Shown piece by piece: positions 1 through 17,954 of a stretch of 64,000 nucleotides of DNA. The stretch lies in the NCBI GenBank assembly GCA_963693365.1, contig CAVNZM010000004.1, forward strand, positions 9,390,468 through 9,454,467, read 5' to 3'. The DNA is from Amoebidium appalachense. Lineage: Eukaryota > Protista > Ichthyosporea. The position numbers were made by a program, and so were the translations under genes. Position 1 is the stretch's first letter, and each line of letters begins with the position of its first letter. The notes beneath the pieces are model-generated. The model did not search any database, had not been told where the DNA came from, and was given only the letters and a program-made list of their open reading frames with translations.

Positions 1-1602
1 GCCATTTCCGGGAGCTCAAGAATGCAACCAACCTCCACAATTTAAAGAACGTTTCACTCTCCTCCATTAATGTTTTCCTAATTGCCGCTTGCAGCCAATC
101 ATATCAAGCATTAAGACAAAATATTCATACAGCTGCAAATAAGATTGCGCAATCTCACCATTAGCTTACAGCCAATCATCTAACGCGTTTAACGTTTTTT
201 TTCTTCGAAGTTCTGGTATCTTTAATACATGCGACTGCTGGGTTTTACACCAAACTGGGTCGATTTGTAAAGCTTTTTGGTCTCTATTTTTTTATTTTTA
301 GAAATTATTAACATTTTCCGTAACCTTTTTTATCAAGCACATTAATTTGCAACCGCGCCAAATGTTTCTTATTTAATCAGATGAACGAACCAATCAAAAC
401 CTCAAAACTCCGAACCCTTAACTTACATTAAAATGACTTCCGTTTTAATTTGTACCTGCATGCAGCACTTAAAAGCGGGCCAGTGCTGGTCCGAATACCA
501 TCCATACACCACCCCTGTATGATCAAGTTCCCCCCATATAAGGAAAGCTACATATAAGGTTACTACGTACAGCCGCAACTAAACAGCATAAGTTACCTAC
601 GTAAAAAAACAATCACCCCGCCAACCTGTATATCCTACGCGTGCTACTTATTCTTTTCCATCGAAAGCACTTTTTGCATGGCGTGGTTGTCAAAGGCTTT
701 TCTTCACTGTTTAGGGGAAAAAACGTTTTTGCTAACGCAGAAAATGTTTTTGCTAACGCAGAAATGATGATCGGCATGGACTCGTGCGGTCCACTGTATT
801 TTTGTTAGTTGGTTTGCCTGTTGCGGCATTGTTCTGTTCCACCATGCCACCTCGCCCTCCACCAAGCAACGATAATACACAACCATGATGTTATCTGTTT
901 TTGTGTTCATGTTCCCGAAAATCCCAGATTCCGTTTCCCTGAACACCAGTTCCCTCAAACGGCTGACACCCGCTCCAGCACACCTGTTTCCGTGCTTTGC
1001 ACGTAATATAGCAGAATGTACTCAACTGTTATTTACAATTGTACCCCCTAGTGCATGCCCCACCTGCTTGAACTTGCAGCAGGCGAATTTCATCAAGCTC
1101 TTTCAAAAGGCGAACTCGACCACATCAACTTTTTCAGCCATACCGAAGTTATCCATTTGTTAGCAGAAACTGAGTCAAAATAGCTCACGCAAGAACTATT
1201 ATCCACTGCCACACAAATTTACTCACATTTTGCTACTGCTAACCCTGACGGTCCTTTTGCTTGCACGTAGAGAGAACCCAGAACAACATCAGAATCAACA
1301 AATTCACCCAAAACGACTTTGTTCCTCCGTTGGCAGGACTAGAAAAAAAGAAAGCACGAAGAACAGGGAATGTTTTGCCGATGCCTATCACATTTCCAGG
1401 TGCATCATTCTGGTCACCTGATCGATGGAAAGCGCCGATGGCCCACGGTAACTAAGCCTAAGTAAAAGAAGGTGCAAAGCATGCATGGTGGTGACGGAGG
1501 TACCGCACCAAATGATGTTTGGTCCCTGCCTTCTTTGTTGCCAACACTTTGCAACGACGAGTCTTTCATAGTGAACTTTAGCTTTTGCTTCGGATATTTT
1601 TT

Positions 1603-1659
<57 letters not shown>

Positions 1660-1769
1660 ACCCACCCACCCACCCATCCCCCGGCGGATCTCAACCAAGG
1701 CATGGACCCATGATTCCGACATCGTCGACGTCCATTAAAGTTGGCAAGTTGGTAAGGCCTTCCACTTGA

Positions 1770-1824
1770 ATTTCCCTCTCGTGTGTCCATGTGGAAGCGG
1801 GGCCCATGGGGCCCCGCGTTGCCT

Positions 1825-1885
<61 letters not shown>

Positions 1886-2705
1886 TGTAAACAGTTGGAC
1901 TAGTTAGGATAAGGCAGAGTACAACTGAATCAAAATAAAGACATAGAACGGGTAGAAAGGCACACGCGGCCAGGTTACTTTTACTATGGGCCGACTCAGT
2001 CTGTCTCAGACTTCACTGATGTGATCCCCGTACTGGGACGGCTTTGTTATATAGCCCCCAGGTTTCGGATCAAGGCCCAGGATTGGTTCATCCGCGGCCA
2101 GCGCGGGTGGCAACATGCCATTCGTGATTCTGGTGCGGTCTGAGCCAGTCAGACCTTCGTCCTATTTATGCAAACATCTTATTGGTTCACTTCGTTTATG
2201 TGGTATGCAGCGGTAGAACCATATATGGTTCATTTCTTAGGTAAGATTGGTTCCTATTGGTGCGAACATAATATTTATGTGATATTCGTTACAAAGCACG
2301 AATCGTGTGCTAGTACATCACAATTCACATTCTTTAGTAAACATATACAGTTCATGTGTACAGCTGTTTACACGCCCCCAGTAACGCAAGTGCCCATGTG
2401 AGAGCGGGGCCCCGCGTTGCTTCACAAAATCCCCCCCTTCCCCTCCCCTTCCCCAACCGGGCTCCCTCTCTCCTCCCCCCCTCCCCCCCCTCCCCCCCCC
2501 CCCCCCCCCCCCCCCACCAGGCCACCCCCACCCCTACCACCCACCCCCCTCCCTTTTCCCCACTGCAGCTGCATTATCCGTTGCAAAGTCAAGCCTTTCA
2601 AACATTTTATTTAGGGTGACAACTCTTTATTATCATTTCCCCTCAAATGTGCCCAGGTGGAAGCGGGGCCCCCCCGGGGCCCCGCGTTGCCCTGCAAAAT
2701 CTAGT
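1770..2705 (+). mobile_element. Three related Helitron-like 3' termini (GC hairpin; third copy followed by CTAG|T)
   Basis: Related motif at ~1770-1826, ~2389-2430 and ~2635-2704. The third copy has a 10-bp stem GCGGGGCCCC-ccc-GGGGCCCCGC (2663-2685), a 15-nt spacer, then CTAG (2701-2704) followed by T, matching the canonical Helitron 3' end. No 5' TC end or RepHel ORF identified. Confidence 0.6.
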
Positions 2706-3283
2706 ATAACACTGTAAGGCATAGGTAGTAATAAATCGCAAACCACTGGGCGACTATACCGTACCCAAATACCCAAACCCAAACCCAGATTTTAAACCCA
2801 GATGTCACGCATGCGGCATGACCGCCGCTTCGCACCACGCCTATGTGTCATGAAGAAACAAAGTATATACATTATGATATATAACGCATTATAAAACATA
2901 CAAATATTAATGTTTCGTAAAAAGATAATATTTTTAGGCCGAAATTATACCAGAAATATGCTTAACATCTTAGTTCTTGGCGTTTTCTTGCTTCATCTTG
3001 TTGTCGCTGAAGATTTGGGTTGGGTTTAGGAATCAGCTGGAAGCCCCCCCCCCCCCCCCCCCCCCCCTCTATGTAGATTCCTATCCCAAACCCAGATTTT
3101 GAACAAGGCCTCCTACTCTGACGGGCCTGGAAACGGAGGAGTGCAGATCGGAATGCAAAAATGGAACTGGCCGGGTTGGACTAAGATTCGATCCAAGTAT
3201 TGAAGTCTCAGTTTGAAGATGCTGGTGTAGTCGACTCGCCGCGAAAGAAACCTTGTTATACAAGTTACAGAGTTTACATTATG

Positions 3284-3330
<47 letters not shown>

Positions 3331-3339
3331 ACACACACG

Positions 3340-3370
<31 letters not shown>

Positions 3371-5601
3371 GAACTGGCCGTGGAGCTAGTTTGCTATCAT
3401 ACATGTGCCATCCGGGGGGTTTAGAAAAGTTGATGATCGGTTGTTGTTGTTTGGGGGGAAGGGGGGGGGGGGGGGGGGGAGGGGGGAGGGGGGAGAGGGG
3501 CACTGGCGCACACAGGCTCACGGGTATTTACACATACAAACACAATGTCGACGCCCTCACTCTGGAACTAAGACAAGAGCCAGGAGAGAAACAGAACGCA
3601 GGCTGTGGTATGCACACTTATACAACCGTTCAAGCAGAGCACCAAGTACAGCACCAACCACACGCTCCTTTGCACGCACGCCTACAAAAACACTGCGGCA
3701 CACAAGCCGCTGACGCCCACTGTGACTCGCAGTACATACATGCGTGCACGCGCACGCACACAGCCTGACACGCACACACGCGTGCGCGCGCACAAGTTCG
3801 CACATAGACGCACGCACAATGAGCACCATGCATGGAGCATTGCCAACCTAAAAGCCTTATCGTGGTAACTTTTTTCGCACGAGTACGATCGAAGAGAAGA
3901 AGCTGCTAGTAGGGGAGAAGAGGTAAAGAGGTGCACACATACATGCACTTACGCAACACCGACGACATGCAACCATCATCGTCGGCGCACACTAATAATA
4001 CAGCTAGCATACCACACGGTGCAACGATGACCTACAAGTACGCACCCTTGCCTGCCGCACACACACACGCAGCAAGCAGAGGCGTACACACACACACACT
4101 CTCTCTCTCTTGTTCGGCATTATAAGTACTTACAGAAGGACTTGGTGGGGGTGGGAGGAGGGAGCGAGGGAGAGGCGAATATTCTGAGTATAGAACAGAT
4201 CCGGGGAAGAGGGACAACTTGCGACCATTGATATTATTAACCGGGAGATTGGCGACCAACACAGTGAGTTATGGAAGTTGAGGACGAAAGGGGGATATTG
4301 AGGGGGAAGGGGAACTTTTCGAGGAGGATGATGTGGAGGGGGTGAGGGGGAGGGGGGGGGGGGGGGGGGGGGGGGGGGCAGCGGGTTTGTTTTGCTTCCA
4401 AGCTTCCAACTATTCCTCCCCTCTCCTCCCCCCCCGCTCCCGCCCCACCTCCGCCCCTGCTGCATCTTAAAAAGGACCTTTTTTGGCGTCTGTATAATCC
4501 GAAACCCACTTTGCACATGTCTGCTCAGAAGCTCCTTCGGATCTTTGTCACATGGGTGTCATGTGCTGAGCTGATTCGTATTAGTTTGCTTCTATAATTC
4601 GTGTTTTGGTGAGTGAATTTCGGGGGTTTTCTTGCATAGTGATGCCGGGGTCTAAGTGGGGTATGAGGAGATTAATCAGTGGTATGGGGAGAACCTGATG
4701 CGGCGGCGGCTGATTGTTAAAGGTGCGCGCGTGCATGCACCATGCCTCTGCGTACTCTCCATGTTAAATGTTGTATTGCTTCTTGCTGTGTGCTTGGCGA
4801 GACCCATGTTGCCTGCTCGCGTGTGTGTATGCTTATATGTATTGTGAGTAAACGTGTGTACGTGTTGTAGTGCTGTAGGGGAGTCTGAGGTGGCGGTAGC
4901 CAATGGTGTGGAGTGCGTGTAGTCTGTGGGGGAGGGAGTGTTGTGATTGGCTGAATGTCACTGTGGTATTTGTCTGGCCAGTGGGCCGCGTGTCTGTGAA
5001 GTGTCTCGCGGGGTCGCGGGCTTTTGGAAGTTCTTCTCAGAACACAAAGAACTCGCTTCCCACCCAACTCAAAGAAAAGTTTATACGTATACACGGTTTC
5101 GAGCCCCTTTAAGCGTGCAGATAGTTAGAGTAGTTCATATACACTCTGTTTGTTGCCACGACAATGGGCACAGGTGCTTTCCTGCACGTGTGACACGAGG
5201 CTCACAGCTGCAGGCGTGGTTGGGATTGGGCATCTATGTGACCCATTTTCAAAAACTATTATGTGGCTGAACAGCGTTAGAGAATCAACGTTGTTACACC
5301 AGTTACACCAAGATGTGCTATCAAAGAGGCGCTTTTCTTTCAGGTGCTCGATGGTGATCTACATAAGGCATATCCGACCACGCGATGATTGGTAGCAGGT
5401 TGAAATGCAATATTTCGCTATCCAATCGACCGTCAATACTAATATTAATTCTAGGAATAGGTACGGTATAGCCGCCCAGTCACAACGTTCCAGGATGGGC
5501 CGTGGAGTTCTTCCTACTCTCTCTGCCACTCTACTCCTTCTCTACCTATGTACCCCCTATATTCGCTTCGCTCATATGGGGGTACCAAATCTAGATGGTA
5601 A

Positions 5602-7333
5602 TTTTTTTTTCTTTTCTTTTGACTGGATTTATTCGACGGAAAGATATGCAAGTATGCACGGCATACTGAGAAGACAATAAAAACTTCACGAGTTATCCAG
5701 TAACAAGTGCATACTGAGATACCTGAACACTGTGTGAAAATCATATAAATACTCAATGTGACGACCAACAGAATTCAACAAAAAGTCTAAAGTGTTCACA
5801 TTGCCAGCTAGTGTAGCAGATACCCGGAGGGAAAGAGGTAAAACGCGACATAAAAATTCACACCTATCAACATGCTTGCGATTAAAAAGGTCAGCACAAA
5901 AGTGGCACCAGCGGCGATGAAAACAAGAATTACAGCGCCACTGCAACATCAGAGCACCATACAGACTTATCTACTAGGGTGGTATCCATACGTACAGCAG
6001 GAGAAATGTATCCTGCCAAAGCTCCCAAAAAGCGATAATGATCAGTACGGTGTTAAGGAACATAACACATGCCGACTGAGTTTTACCTTTGATTTCTCTA
6101 TCAGAACGAGAAAGAAACTTATACTGCGTATGGTAATAACGCGAAAAGGCAGAAAAAACAGGAAGAGAAAAGAAAGAGGGAGTGAGATAGCGAGAGGAAG
6201 AATCAGGTGGAAAGAGGGTAGGCTGAGGACATTCAGAAGTAGCGTTGGTGAATCGGGGGGGAAGAGGGATGGAGGGAGGGGGGGGAAAGAAAGCATAAAG
6301 AGGGTGACCATCAGGTAGCCTAACTAAATGAAAACAAAAACGAAGAGACAATTCATGGTAATATAAGATGTTAGGTGAGGAAGAGGTACAAAGAGAAGGT
6401 AGGAGTGAAAGAATTCAGAGATGGAGGTACAAAGAAAGTGACAGGAGTAGAAGATGGTTTAAGAAATAGATGGTACTAGAATAATAAATTAGTATGACCA
6501 TCCTAAAGAATCGATCCTAAGGTAAGGGGTAAGAGTTAATTGTAAGACAAACCCATAAAGGATAAGCTTCGCACCTACACAATCCATAAAGTAAGGGTAT
6601 AAGATTAATTGACAGACAACCCCATAAGATCGATCTGAAGAAAAGGATTTCTGGAATTCATAAATCTATCAAGAACAACTAAAGAAGTAGAGTGACAGAA
6701 GCTTAAGTAGAAGATGGTTTCAGAGTGACAGCAGTAGAAGAGAAGTGATAGCAGTAAATACAAGAAGAGATATGTTTAGTATGACCATTCTAAAGAATCG
6801 ATCATAATATAAGGGGTAAGAATTAATTGGAAGACAAACCCATAAGGAAAGGATAAGCTTCGCACCTACACAATCCTTAAAACAAGGGTATAATAAGATT
6901 AATTGATGGACAACCCCATAAGATCGATCTGAAGAAAAGGATTTCTGGATTCATAAACCTATCAAGAAGGTAGTAATAAAAGAAGTTGGGTGAAGAAGAA
7001 AGAGTGATAGCAGTAGTGACAGAAGTAGATGGTACTAGAATAATAAAATAGTATGACCATCCTAAAGAATCGATCATAAGGTAAAGGGGTAAGAATTAAG
7101 TAAGACAAACCCATAAGGAAAGGATAAGCTTCGCACCTACACAACCCATAAAGTAAGGGTATAAGATCAATTGTAAAACAACCCATAAGATCGATCTGGA
7201 GATCTAGAAAGGATCCTAAAACTCTAAAACTCCTATTTTCTGGATTTAGGATTTTTATTTCCATCTTATATCCTGACGGAAGCTTGGAATAAGAGAAGAG
7301 AAGAGAAGAGAGTAGGAAGAACTCCACGGCCCA
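5602..7333 (-). mobile_element. Degenerate non-LTR retrotransposon derivative (C-terminal coding remnant, polyA signal/A-rich tail, tandem repeats at 5' side)
   Basis: Minus-strand peptides LAGYISPAVRMDTTLVDK and QWRCN..C..C...FNRKHVDRC...NTLDFLLN resemble the C-terminus of the RT at 30501-31000 (PKYILPSCRTGLSLAD; QWRSN...CP...FNRSCIAKC...NILDFILN). AATAAA at 5633-5628 and A-rich tail at 5620-5602. Frameshifts present. Confidence 0.6.
6490..7250. repeat. Three diverged ~270-290-bp tandem repeats
   Basis: Blocks agtatgaccat(c/t)ctaaagaatcgatc ... ggataagcttcgcacctacacaa ... cccataagatcgatctg recur near 6492, 6778 and 7050. Confidence 0.9.
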
Positions 7334-7698
7334 CGGAAACCTCGGGAGTTTGGTCTAAAGAAAACATTGGAGCCAATCGAATTCTTCAAAACCAGCCAAT
7401 AGGAGTGCTCCAAAGTGCCTCCTGTATGGGAATTTTTCGACCCGCTGAGCGGCTATGAGACAAGCCTCCGAGCGGCGGCCACAAACAAACACACAACATA
7501 AAACATGTACACGTCACGCAAATAAAATTCACGAAGAACATCATCGGTCTAAGCAAGCTTTTTGCTTGTCTTTACCACCGTTATTTGTGTTAGAGCAGAT
7601 GCGTAACAAGACGGGGACTGAATTTCAAAAACTGGAACGGTTGATGATTGTAATAATTACGACTCGGTTATAAGGCTACGGCAAAGGTCTTGTAAAAC

Positions 7699-9243
7699 AT
7701 GAGAAAACGGTTCAACTGTGGGCAAACGCAGTCTTGCTTTACCCTTCTTCTCAGTCAGAAATGCGGGTTTGTTTTGATCTCTTTCATCGTTAGTGCCGCA
7801 TTGACTTTCTTCTTTTGGCATAATAATGAGCGGCCTGCCTACTACAGTGAAGGGGCCAAATGGTACTTGGACAAGGGTTGGGCAACAGCTAAAAACGCAT
7901 ACGCCAAACGCATGTGGGTGGGTAATTGCACCGTGCCCTTAAGAAGAAAACGAGCACAAAATTTAATGAATGTTGGCTCGACGGATTGCCCAACGGTTGT
8001 CTATAGAGCGAGAGAGTTTGCATCCCTATTACCTGAAACGGGCTTCGATTGTGTTCCCGCAGCCAGCTATGCTCCTGGCACATACCAGCATCGTGCATCA
8101 ACTCAACTGGCACGAAGTGACTTTCGTTGTATAGATCTGCCACAAACCAACACAGTTCCAAGCAAAAGGAGTGTGGTCAAAGAAGAGCTAAGACGATTGA
8201 GTAATCATTCAGAAAGCTCAGATTGCCAGAGGTTCCAACGGGCACTGTTGTTAGATCCTGAGGGATGGGGCTCTCTTTCATACATCAGCAACTGGTTCCA
8301 CGGACAGAACAACTTCATGTTCCCGCTTTTTTCAGCCATATACAGCACCTACGGCTCTCTGGACACATTGATGCAAGACGAATGGGTATTTGTTCACCGT
8401 GGGTTTCAACACATAGAAAAGATTCGAGAGATCTTTGACCTGCAGTTTGTTGGCGGTCGTGTTATCGACCTTAACAACATCGATGATGAGAATGGGTGCC
8501 TCGCATTTGACCAGCTTTTGGTGGTTACAAAAGACGAGCTCTACCGTGCGACACCCTACTACAAGGCACAACCATCCCTAATTCCGTATGTGCAGTCTTT
8601 TGTCAACCACACATGGGCGTCATCTGCGCTCTCTTTAAACATGGCTACGCTACAACGAGATGCATCACATGATTTTTGCAACGAAAACCCCCCGGTGCCG
8701 TTCAATGTTACAATCATAAACCGCCAACTGGACCGCACATTGGAACTGCCACCAGAGGCAGATTTGCGGAAGCTGTTGGGACCAAAATACACCGTGCACA
8801 TATTCTACGCTGAATACGTGTGCCCAGAACAGATCATCAACACAATGGCGCAATCAGATGTTTTGGTGGGGGTTCATGGAGGTGCGTTGACGTGGGGTCT
8901 TTTCCTACCAATGGGGCGTGCAGTAATTCAGATACTTCCATATCCACTTTGCCACTGGAGTTCTGCTCTCGAGTATAACAACATGGGGATGTATAGATCT
9001 CTCAGCGTTCATAATTATTGCCTATATAAGGCAGACACGCACTTTAAGGTCCCTGCGGCAAAGAAGTATGACCCATTAAGGGATGAAGACAATCTAATGG
9101 ATATTAATCCTGTAGGGCAGGCAGCACTTAACTGGATTGAGTCTGCACGTGTGCGCCCATCAGACTTGGCCACGCATTTAAAGATAGTTGTGGATCAAAT
9201 GTGTATGATGCAAAGGCTGTCTAGTCTGAGAAGCAGTGGGTGA
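7699..9243 (+). CDS. Glycosyltransferase family 61 (DUF563)-like type II membrane protein, intronless
   Basis: 514-aa ORF with an N-terminal TM anchor (FVLISFIVSAALTFFFW), VTIINR and the GT61 signature DVLVGVHGGALTWGLFLPMGRAVIQILP. CCAAT boxes upstream at ~7371-7400. Confidence 0.88.
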   Translation: MRKRFNCGQTQSCFTLLLSQKCGFVLISFIVSAALTFFFWHNNERPAYYSEGAKWYLDKGWATAKNAYAKRMWVGNCTVPLRRKRAQNLMNVGSTDCPTVVYRAREFASLLPETGFDCVPAASYAPGTYQHRASTQLARSDFRCIDLPQTNTVPSKRSVVKEELRRLSNHSESSDCQRFQRALLLDPEGWGSLSYISNWFHGQNNFMFPLFSAIYSTYGSLDTLMQDEWVFVHRGFQHIEKIREIFDLQFVGGRVIDLNNIDDENGCLAFDQLLVVTKDELYRATPYYKAQPSLIPYVQSFVNHTWASSALSLNMATLQRDASHDFCNENPPVPFNVTIINRQLDRTLELPPEADLRKLLGPKYTVHIFYAEYVCPEQIINTMAQSDVLVGVHGGALTWGLFLPMGRAVIQILPYPLCHWSSALEYNNMGMYRSLSVHNYCLYKADTHFKVPAAKKYDPLRDEDNLMDINPVGQAALNWIESARVRPSDLATHLKIVVDQMCMMQRLSSLRSSG

Positions 9244-9870
9244 CACGGTGTAGTCGTAATCATTGTTAGTAATAAAAGGCTGCTATTTAGTAATTTAATT
9301 TTGTAACAGTACTATGTAGTTAATGCTAGTTTACTTTGTCCCGATGTTCCGCCAAATGCCACTGGTCCGGGCGAAATTAGATTGATGCTCAGAGAGTCTC
9401 CCCTCTTTTTTTTTTTTTTGGGGGGGGGGGGGGGGGTGGGGACGTTTTTGTTCCCGTTAGAGTTAACGTTCTCATATCATGATCTGATTAGCTTAGCCAT
9501 TAACTCTAACTAGTGCTTTTGAGAGCAACACCTAGTTTATCTTGTCTGTCACAAGATTAATTCGTAATTAAAGCTCCACCTAATGCTACTGGTTGGCCGT
9601 CAGTGATACTCAGTTTCTGCCCGTTTTCTTTTCGTTGCCCGAGATATGGCATGTATCTCAAACTAGCTTGTCCATGAACAATCATTTAAAATCTATTATA
9701 TTAATTGTTTAAATCATAGTGATACGTTACTTTTCTTAAGCACTATGGAGGTAATGTGATCCTTCATGATTTGATCAAGTCCAACATTCAAATTTGCAGT
9801 GGAGTATTACATTGCACCGGGCTGTGAGCGTATCCGAGACCCTAGAAATAGTTTTTTTTTTTTTAAGGGG

Positions 9871-9905
<35 letters not shown>

Positions 9906-10300
9906 ACGCGCGCGTGTCTGTTTTTTTCTTTTGGGGGGGGGGGGGGGAGGTTGAATTCTGACGATCGACCGGCCCTAAGGTCCTGCTAGAGCTCCACTTC
10001 GAACTTCAGTACACGATTTGCTGTTGAAATTGGCCTGTTCGCCAACCCTACACTCACGATCACCCATGGCCAACCCGTCCCGACTATTTTGCTCAACCAA
10101 GAATGTGTGCGTAAACCTTAAGGATGAACATATGATACAAAATACTACCAAACAAAGCAGATGTGTCCTTTTGCCCCCTCAAGGGGAGGAACCACAATTG
10201 GGGTTTTGACGTGCCAAAACCTACCTACCTACCTCAGTGACCCCTAAAACAAAAAAACCAAAAAAAAAAAAAAAAAAAAATTGAAAAATTTGAAAAAAAA

Positions 10301-10332
<32 letters not shown>

Positions 10333-11328
10333 GAGGAGGAGGAGGAGGGGGGGGGGGGGGGGGGGGAGGGGGGGAAGGAATGATCTGGACAGCATTGTGG
10401 ACGATGTTCAATAATTTCCAAATCACAGGCGCTGGGTCAGGACATGTACATGAGACGGGGCAATGGCACTGCGATGCACATCTTTATTGGTTTCATGCAA
10501 TACTGCTCGCGTGAGGCTTTCTGTATCACTTCAATGGTCAATAGGGCTTTCTTTTTCAACTGTGTGCATCACATGTCGGAAGTAAATAATACTTGAGGTA
10601 CACGTGAAATGTAGGGCTATTTACAATGAGTAGTGTGTGTGCAACGCTGACGTGCACGCGTTTTAATCAGCTAAATTTGGTATTTTTAATTCCTACCCCC
10701 CCCCCCCCCCCCCCCCCCCCCTTTTTTTTTTTTTCTTCTTTGAGTGCCGAACAGGAAAGAGCAAAGCTAACTGGGTATCAAGTAGTAGGGAGAAAATCAA
10801 TACTATACCAGCTCAATCGAAGCTCACTGCGACAATGTGAGCTTTCTGAAAATATTTGCTTTTGGGATGACCTTCACAAGAGAAAAGAACGAAACAACTG
10901 CAATTACAAGACTATACATGTGTGCAAACAGAGTGCATGGCTGCAAGCTTCGTGATACATTTGGTGGAGAATTACATTCAAAAAAAAAAAAAAAAAAAAA
11001 AAAAAAAGAAGGAAAAAAAGCCATCTCGAGGAAAAATAATAAGCATTCTCGGGGGGAAATGACATTCTCGGGGGAAAAAAAATTTAAAAAAATAGAATTC
11101 TCAAAATGCATTTCTGCAACATACGTCCGGTATTCAGGCAGCAGTCCTGCTATCTCGACACACGTGCACACGCCCATGCGCCACATCCGTGCATGCATGC
11201 GCACACCCACGCACCACACACCAGACCACCACTACCGCCGAGTTGCCTTACTTCACGCCACAAATGAAGAATCATGGATGACTACGTACACAGACATGGG
11301 CACGCAAAGGTGGAGGGGATGTGTGTGT

Positions 11329-11378
<50 letters not shown>

Positions 11379-11488
11379 CTGAGAGACAGAAAACAAGGCA
11401 GAACGAACCACAAAAATTAGAATGTAGCATTCACTTGGCATCGTCTACTCAGTTCGACAAAAACCAACGACATCACCACCCAACCACA

Positions 11489-11522
<34 letters not shown>

Positions 11523-11554
11523 GGCCTCCACACAAACAAACACCACCAAGGTTC

Positions 11555-15377
<3,823 letters not shown>

Positions 15378-16290
15378 CTGAAAAAGGGAGGGAAAAAAAA
15401 AAAAAAAAAAAGAAAGAAAGAAAAACTCGTCAGCTACTTAGCTTTCGAGAGGAAAGAAAATAGCATTCTTTCACATCCCCCCCCCCCCCCCCCCCCCCTC
15501 TTCTCCCCCTCCCCCCTTCCCTCTTCTCCCCCTCCCCCCCTTCCCTCTCCCCCGCGCCCTGTCTGTTCTTGCTCACCAGGCAAACACGTACGCATGCACA
15601 CACTCAGGCACACGGGCATGCCGGCACGTGATCTCCTATACACATCCGCTCTGACCGCAATACTTGTGGCAAAAACACCACGTGCTGACATGTTTATGAA
15701 GAATTGGGGGAGGGAGGGGGGGGGGGAGAGAACTGTAAAAAGATGCACCTATGATCGGACATATGTAGGTGTGCGGATCATGCATGCACGAGCACAACAC
15801 GTACACACGCACACACACAGAGAGAAAGAGACGTAGGAAAAAGCACACACAGACACAAAAACACACACAGACAGCAAGAGGAGCATACTTACACACACGC
15901 GCACGCAGACTGGCACACATACACACCTTCACAGACTAACCTGCAACGCACAAACACACCCAAGCAAAGGCAGGCACGCACACCACACACACATGCACGC
16001 ACACACACATGCACACGCACACACGGTTACACACACGCACACACACGCTTGCACACAGGCAAGCAGGCAAGCAGGCAGGCAGGCAGGCAGACAGGCAGGC
16101 AGGCAGTCAGGCAGACATACACACACACACACACCTTCTTCACATCGACCAGTCTCCCGCACACATTGCAGCTTACTTGCTGCCCACTCAGTGCTTCCTC
16201 ATTCGCACTGCAAAAAGGAACATAAGGTTAGCTTCCTTGGGCCCCTCACCCCCTCCCCTCTCCATCCCCCCCCCCCCCCCCCCCCCCCCC

Positions 16291-16343
<53 letters not shown>

Positions 16344-17520
16344 CCCCCCCCCCCCTCCCCCCTCTCCCCTCCCCCCTCTCCTTACCGGCCCCATTCAGAC
16401 AAAAAATTGAAAATCGCACTGGCCCAGATTCCTCCCTAGCTCATTACTACACCAAGGCACAGATGTCAATGCAAATCAAAACAAGAGCAGATGATGGCTC
16501 GGATGCTGTAGCTGCAAGATAGTGATCTAGGTGGGTGGTCCGTGAGTAGGCATGCCAAGCCTTACTTAATTGATAGATAATTACTGGGTTTAGTAACACA
16601 TGATACCTGGCAGTTATACGTGTGGGGTATAAAGAAAGCATTTTGTCGTCTCCTATCTTCAATCACAGCACCTGCGAGACTTAGATCCCATTATACCCAA
16701 CTGACACGCATATTCTACCCTATTACTCTTTCTGCATAAAGTAAAAGCCGTGCTTTGTGCCGACCTGTTTAGAATGATATCTAAGGGATGCCGACCTATC
16801 AAAAACCCACGCTGAATTTCTAAAGTGCACGTACCTCTGTACCGTTTGCAACAGTGCCACGTCGGATGTTTTCTTTGGGGGCACCGTCTGTATTTGCGCA
16901 AAAAGACTCTCGGCATTTGCCCGCATCAGTTTGATATCGGCGCTCATACGCTGTGTTTGCACCCTGTTCATTTGGTTGTGTGTTCTAAATCGTGCAGGCG
17001 AGCGGGGAGAAGGGGCGAAGGGAGGGGGGGGGGGGGGGGAAGGGGGGGGGAGAGAGAAGAGGGGGAAGGTGAAAGGGGGAAGAGAGGGAGGGGTTAGCTT
17101 ATGGGGTTAGCTTATTATGCAACGGCAAAGAGAATTACATAAAGAAAAGGCAATTATATGAGAAAACACGATCACAATAGCACACGACGGCATATTGAGT
17201 ATCCAAAAAGACACCACTACTTGTATGCACGAAGGTAGAGGCACGCATATGCACGGCAGCTGCTGTGCAGCCCTGACCAGCCACTATGCATGCAAATATC
17301 ACGTCGAGTTACCAGGAGCAAGCTGCATCACTTTCCCACCAGCACAAGCAGCACATCCCCATTCGCCTACTACGCAGATCGCCCCGCTACACACAACAAC
17401 ACATCTATCCACCTGCAAACCCACCAAACAACGCACTACCACCATAGGTACACGCAGGCACACAGCACAAACACATCTCCACACCCCACACACATGCACA
17501 CACACATGCCCACACACACA

Positions 17521-17551
<31 letters not shown>

Positions 17552-17589
17552 GCGCACACACACACACACACGCACACACAAACACACAC

Positions 17590-17628
<39 letters not shown>

Positions 17629-17859
17629 GCGAGCACACACACACACACACACAGAAGCACACACACATGCACTTAAGTACGTGCGCGCGCGCACACACGC
17701 ACACGCACGCGCGTCCGCGCGCACACGCACGTGCCCACACATACACACACACACGCACACGCACACACACACGCACACACACACACACACGCACACACCC
17801 GCACACACATGAACACACACACACACTCTCACTCACACACACACCCGCACACACACGTG

Positions 17860-17954
<95 letters not shown>

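Noticed and set aside
700-1600. Coding-like minus-strand sequence with a GTGAGT donor
   Set aside because: Stops or frameshifts in every model tried and no recognisable family.
2768-3110. CCCAAACCCAGATTTT repeats and a Harbinger/Tourist-like end (GGCCTTGTTC on the minus strand)
   Set aside because: No matching opposite TIR or TSD found; too short and irregular for a telomeric array.
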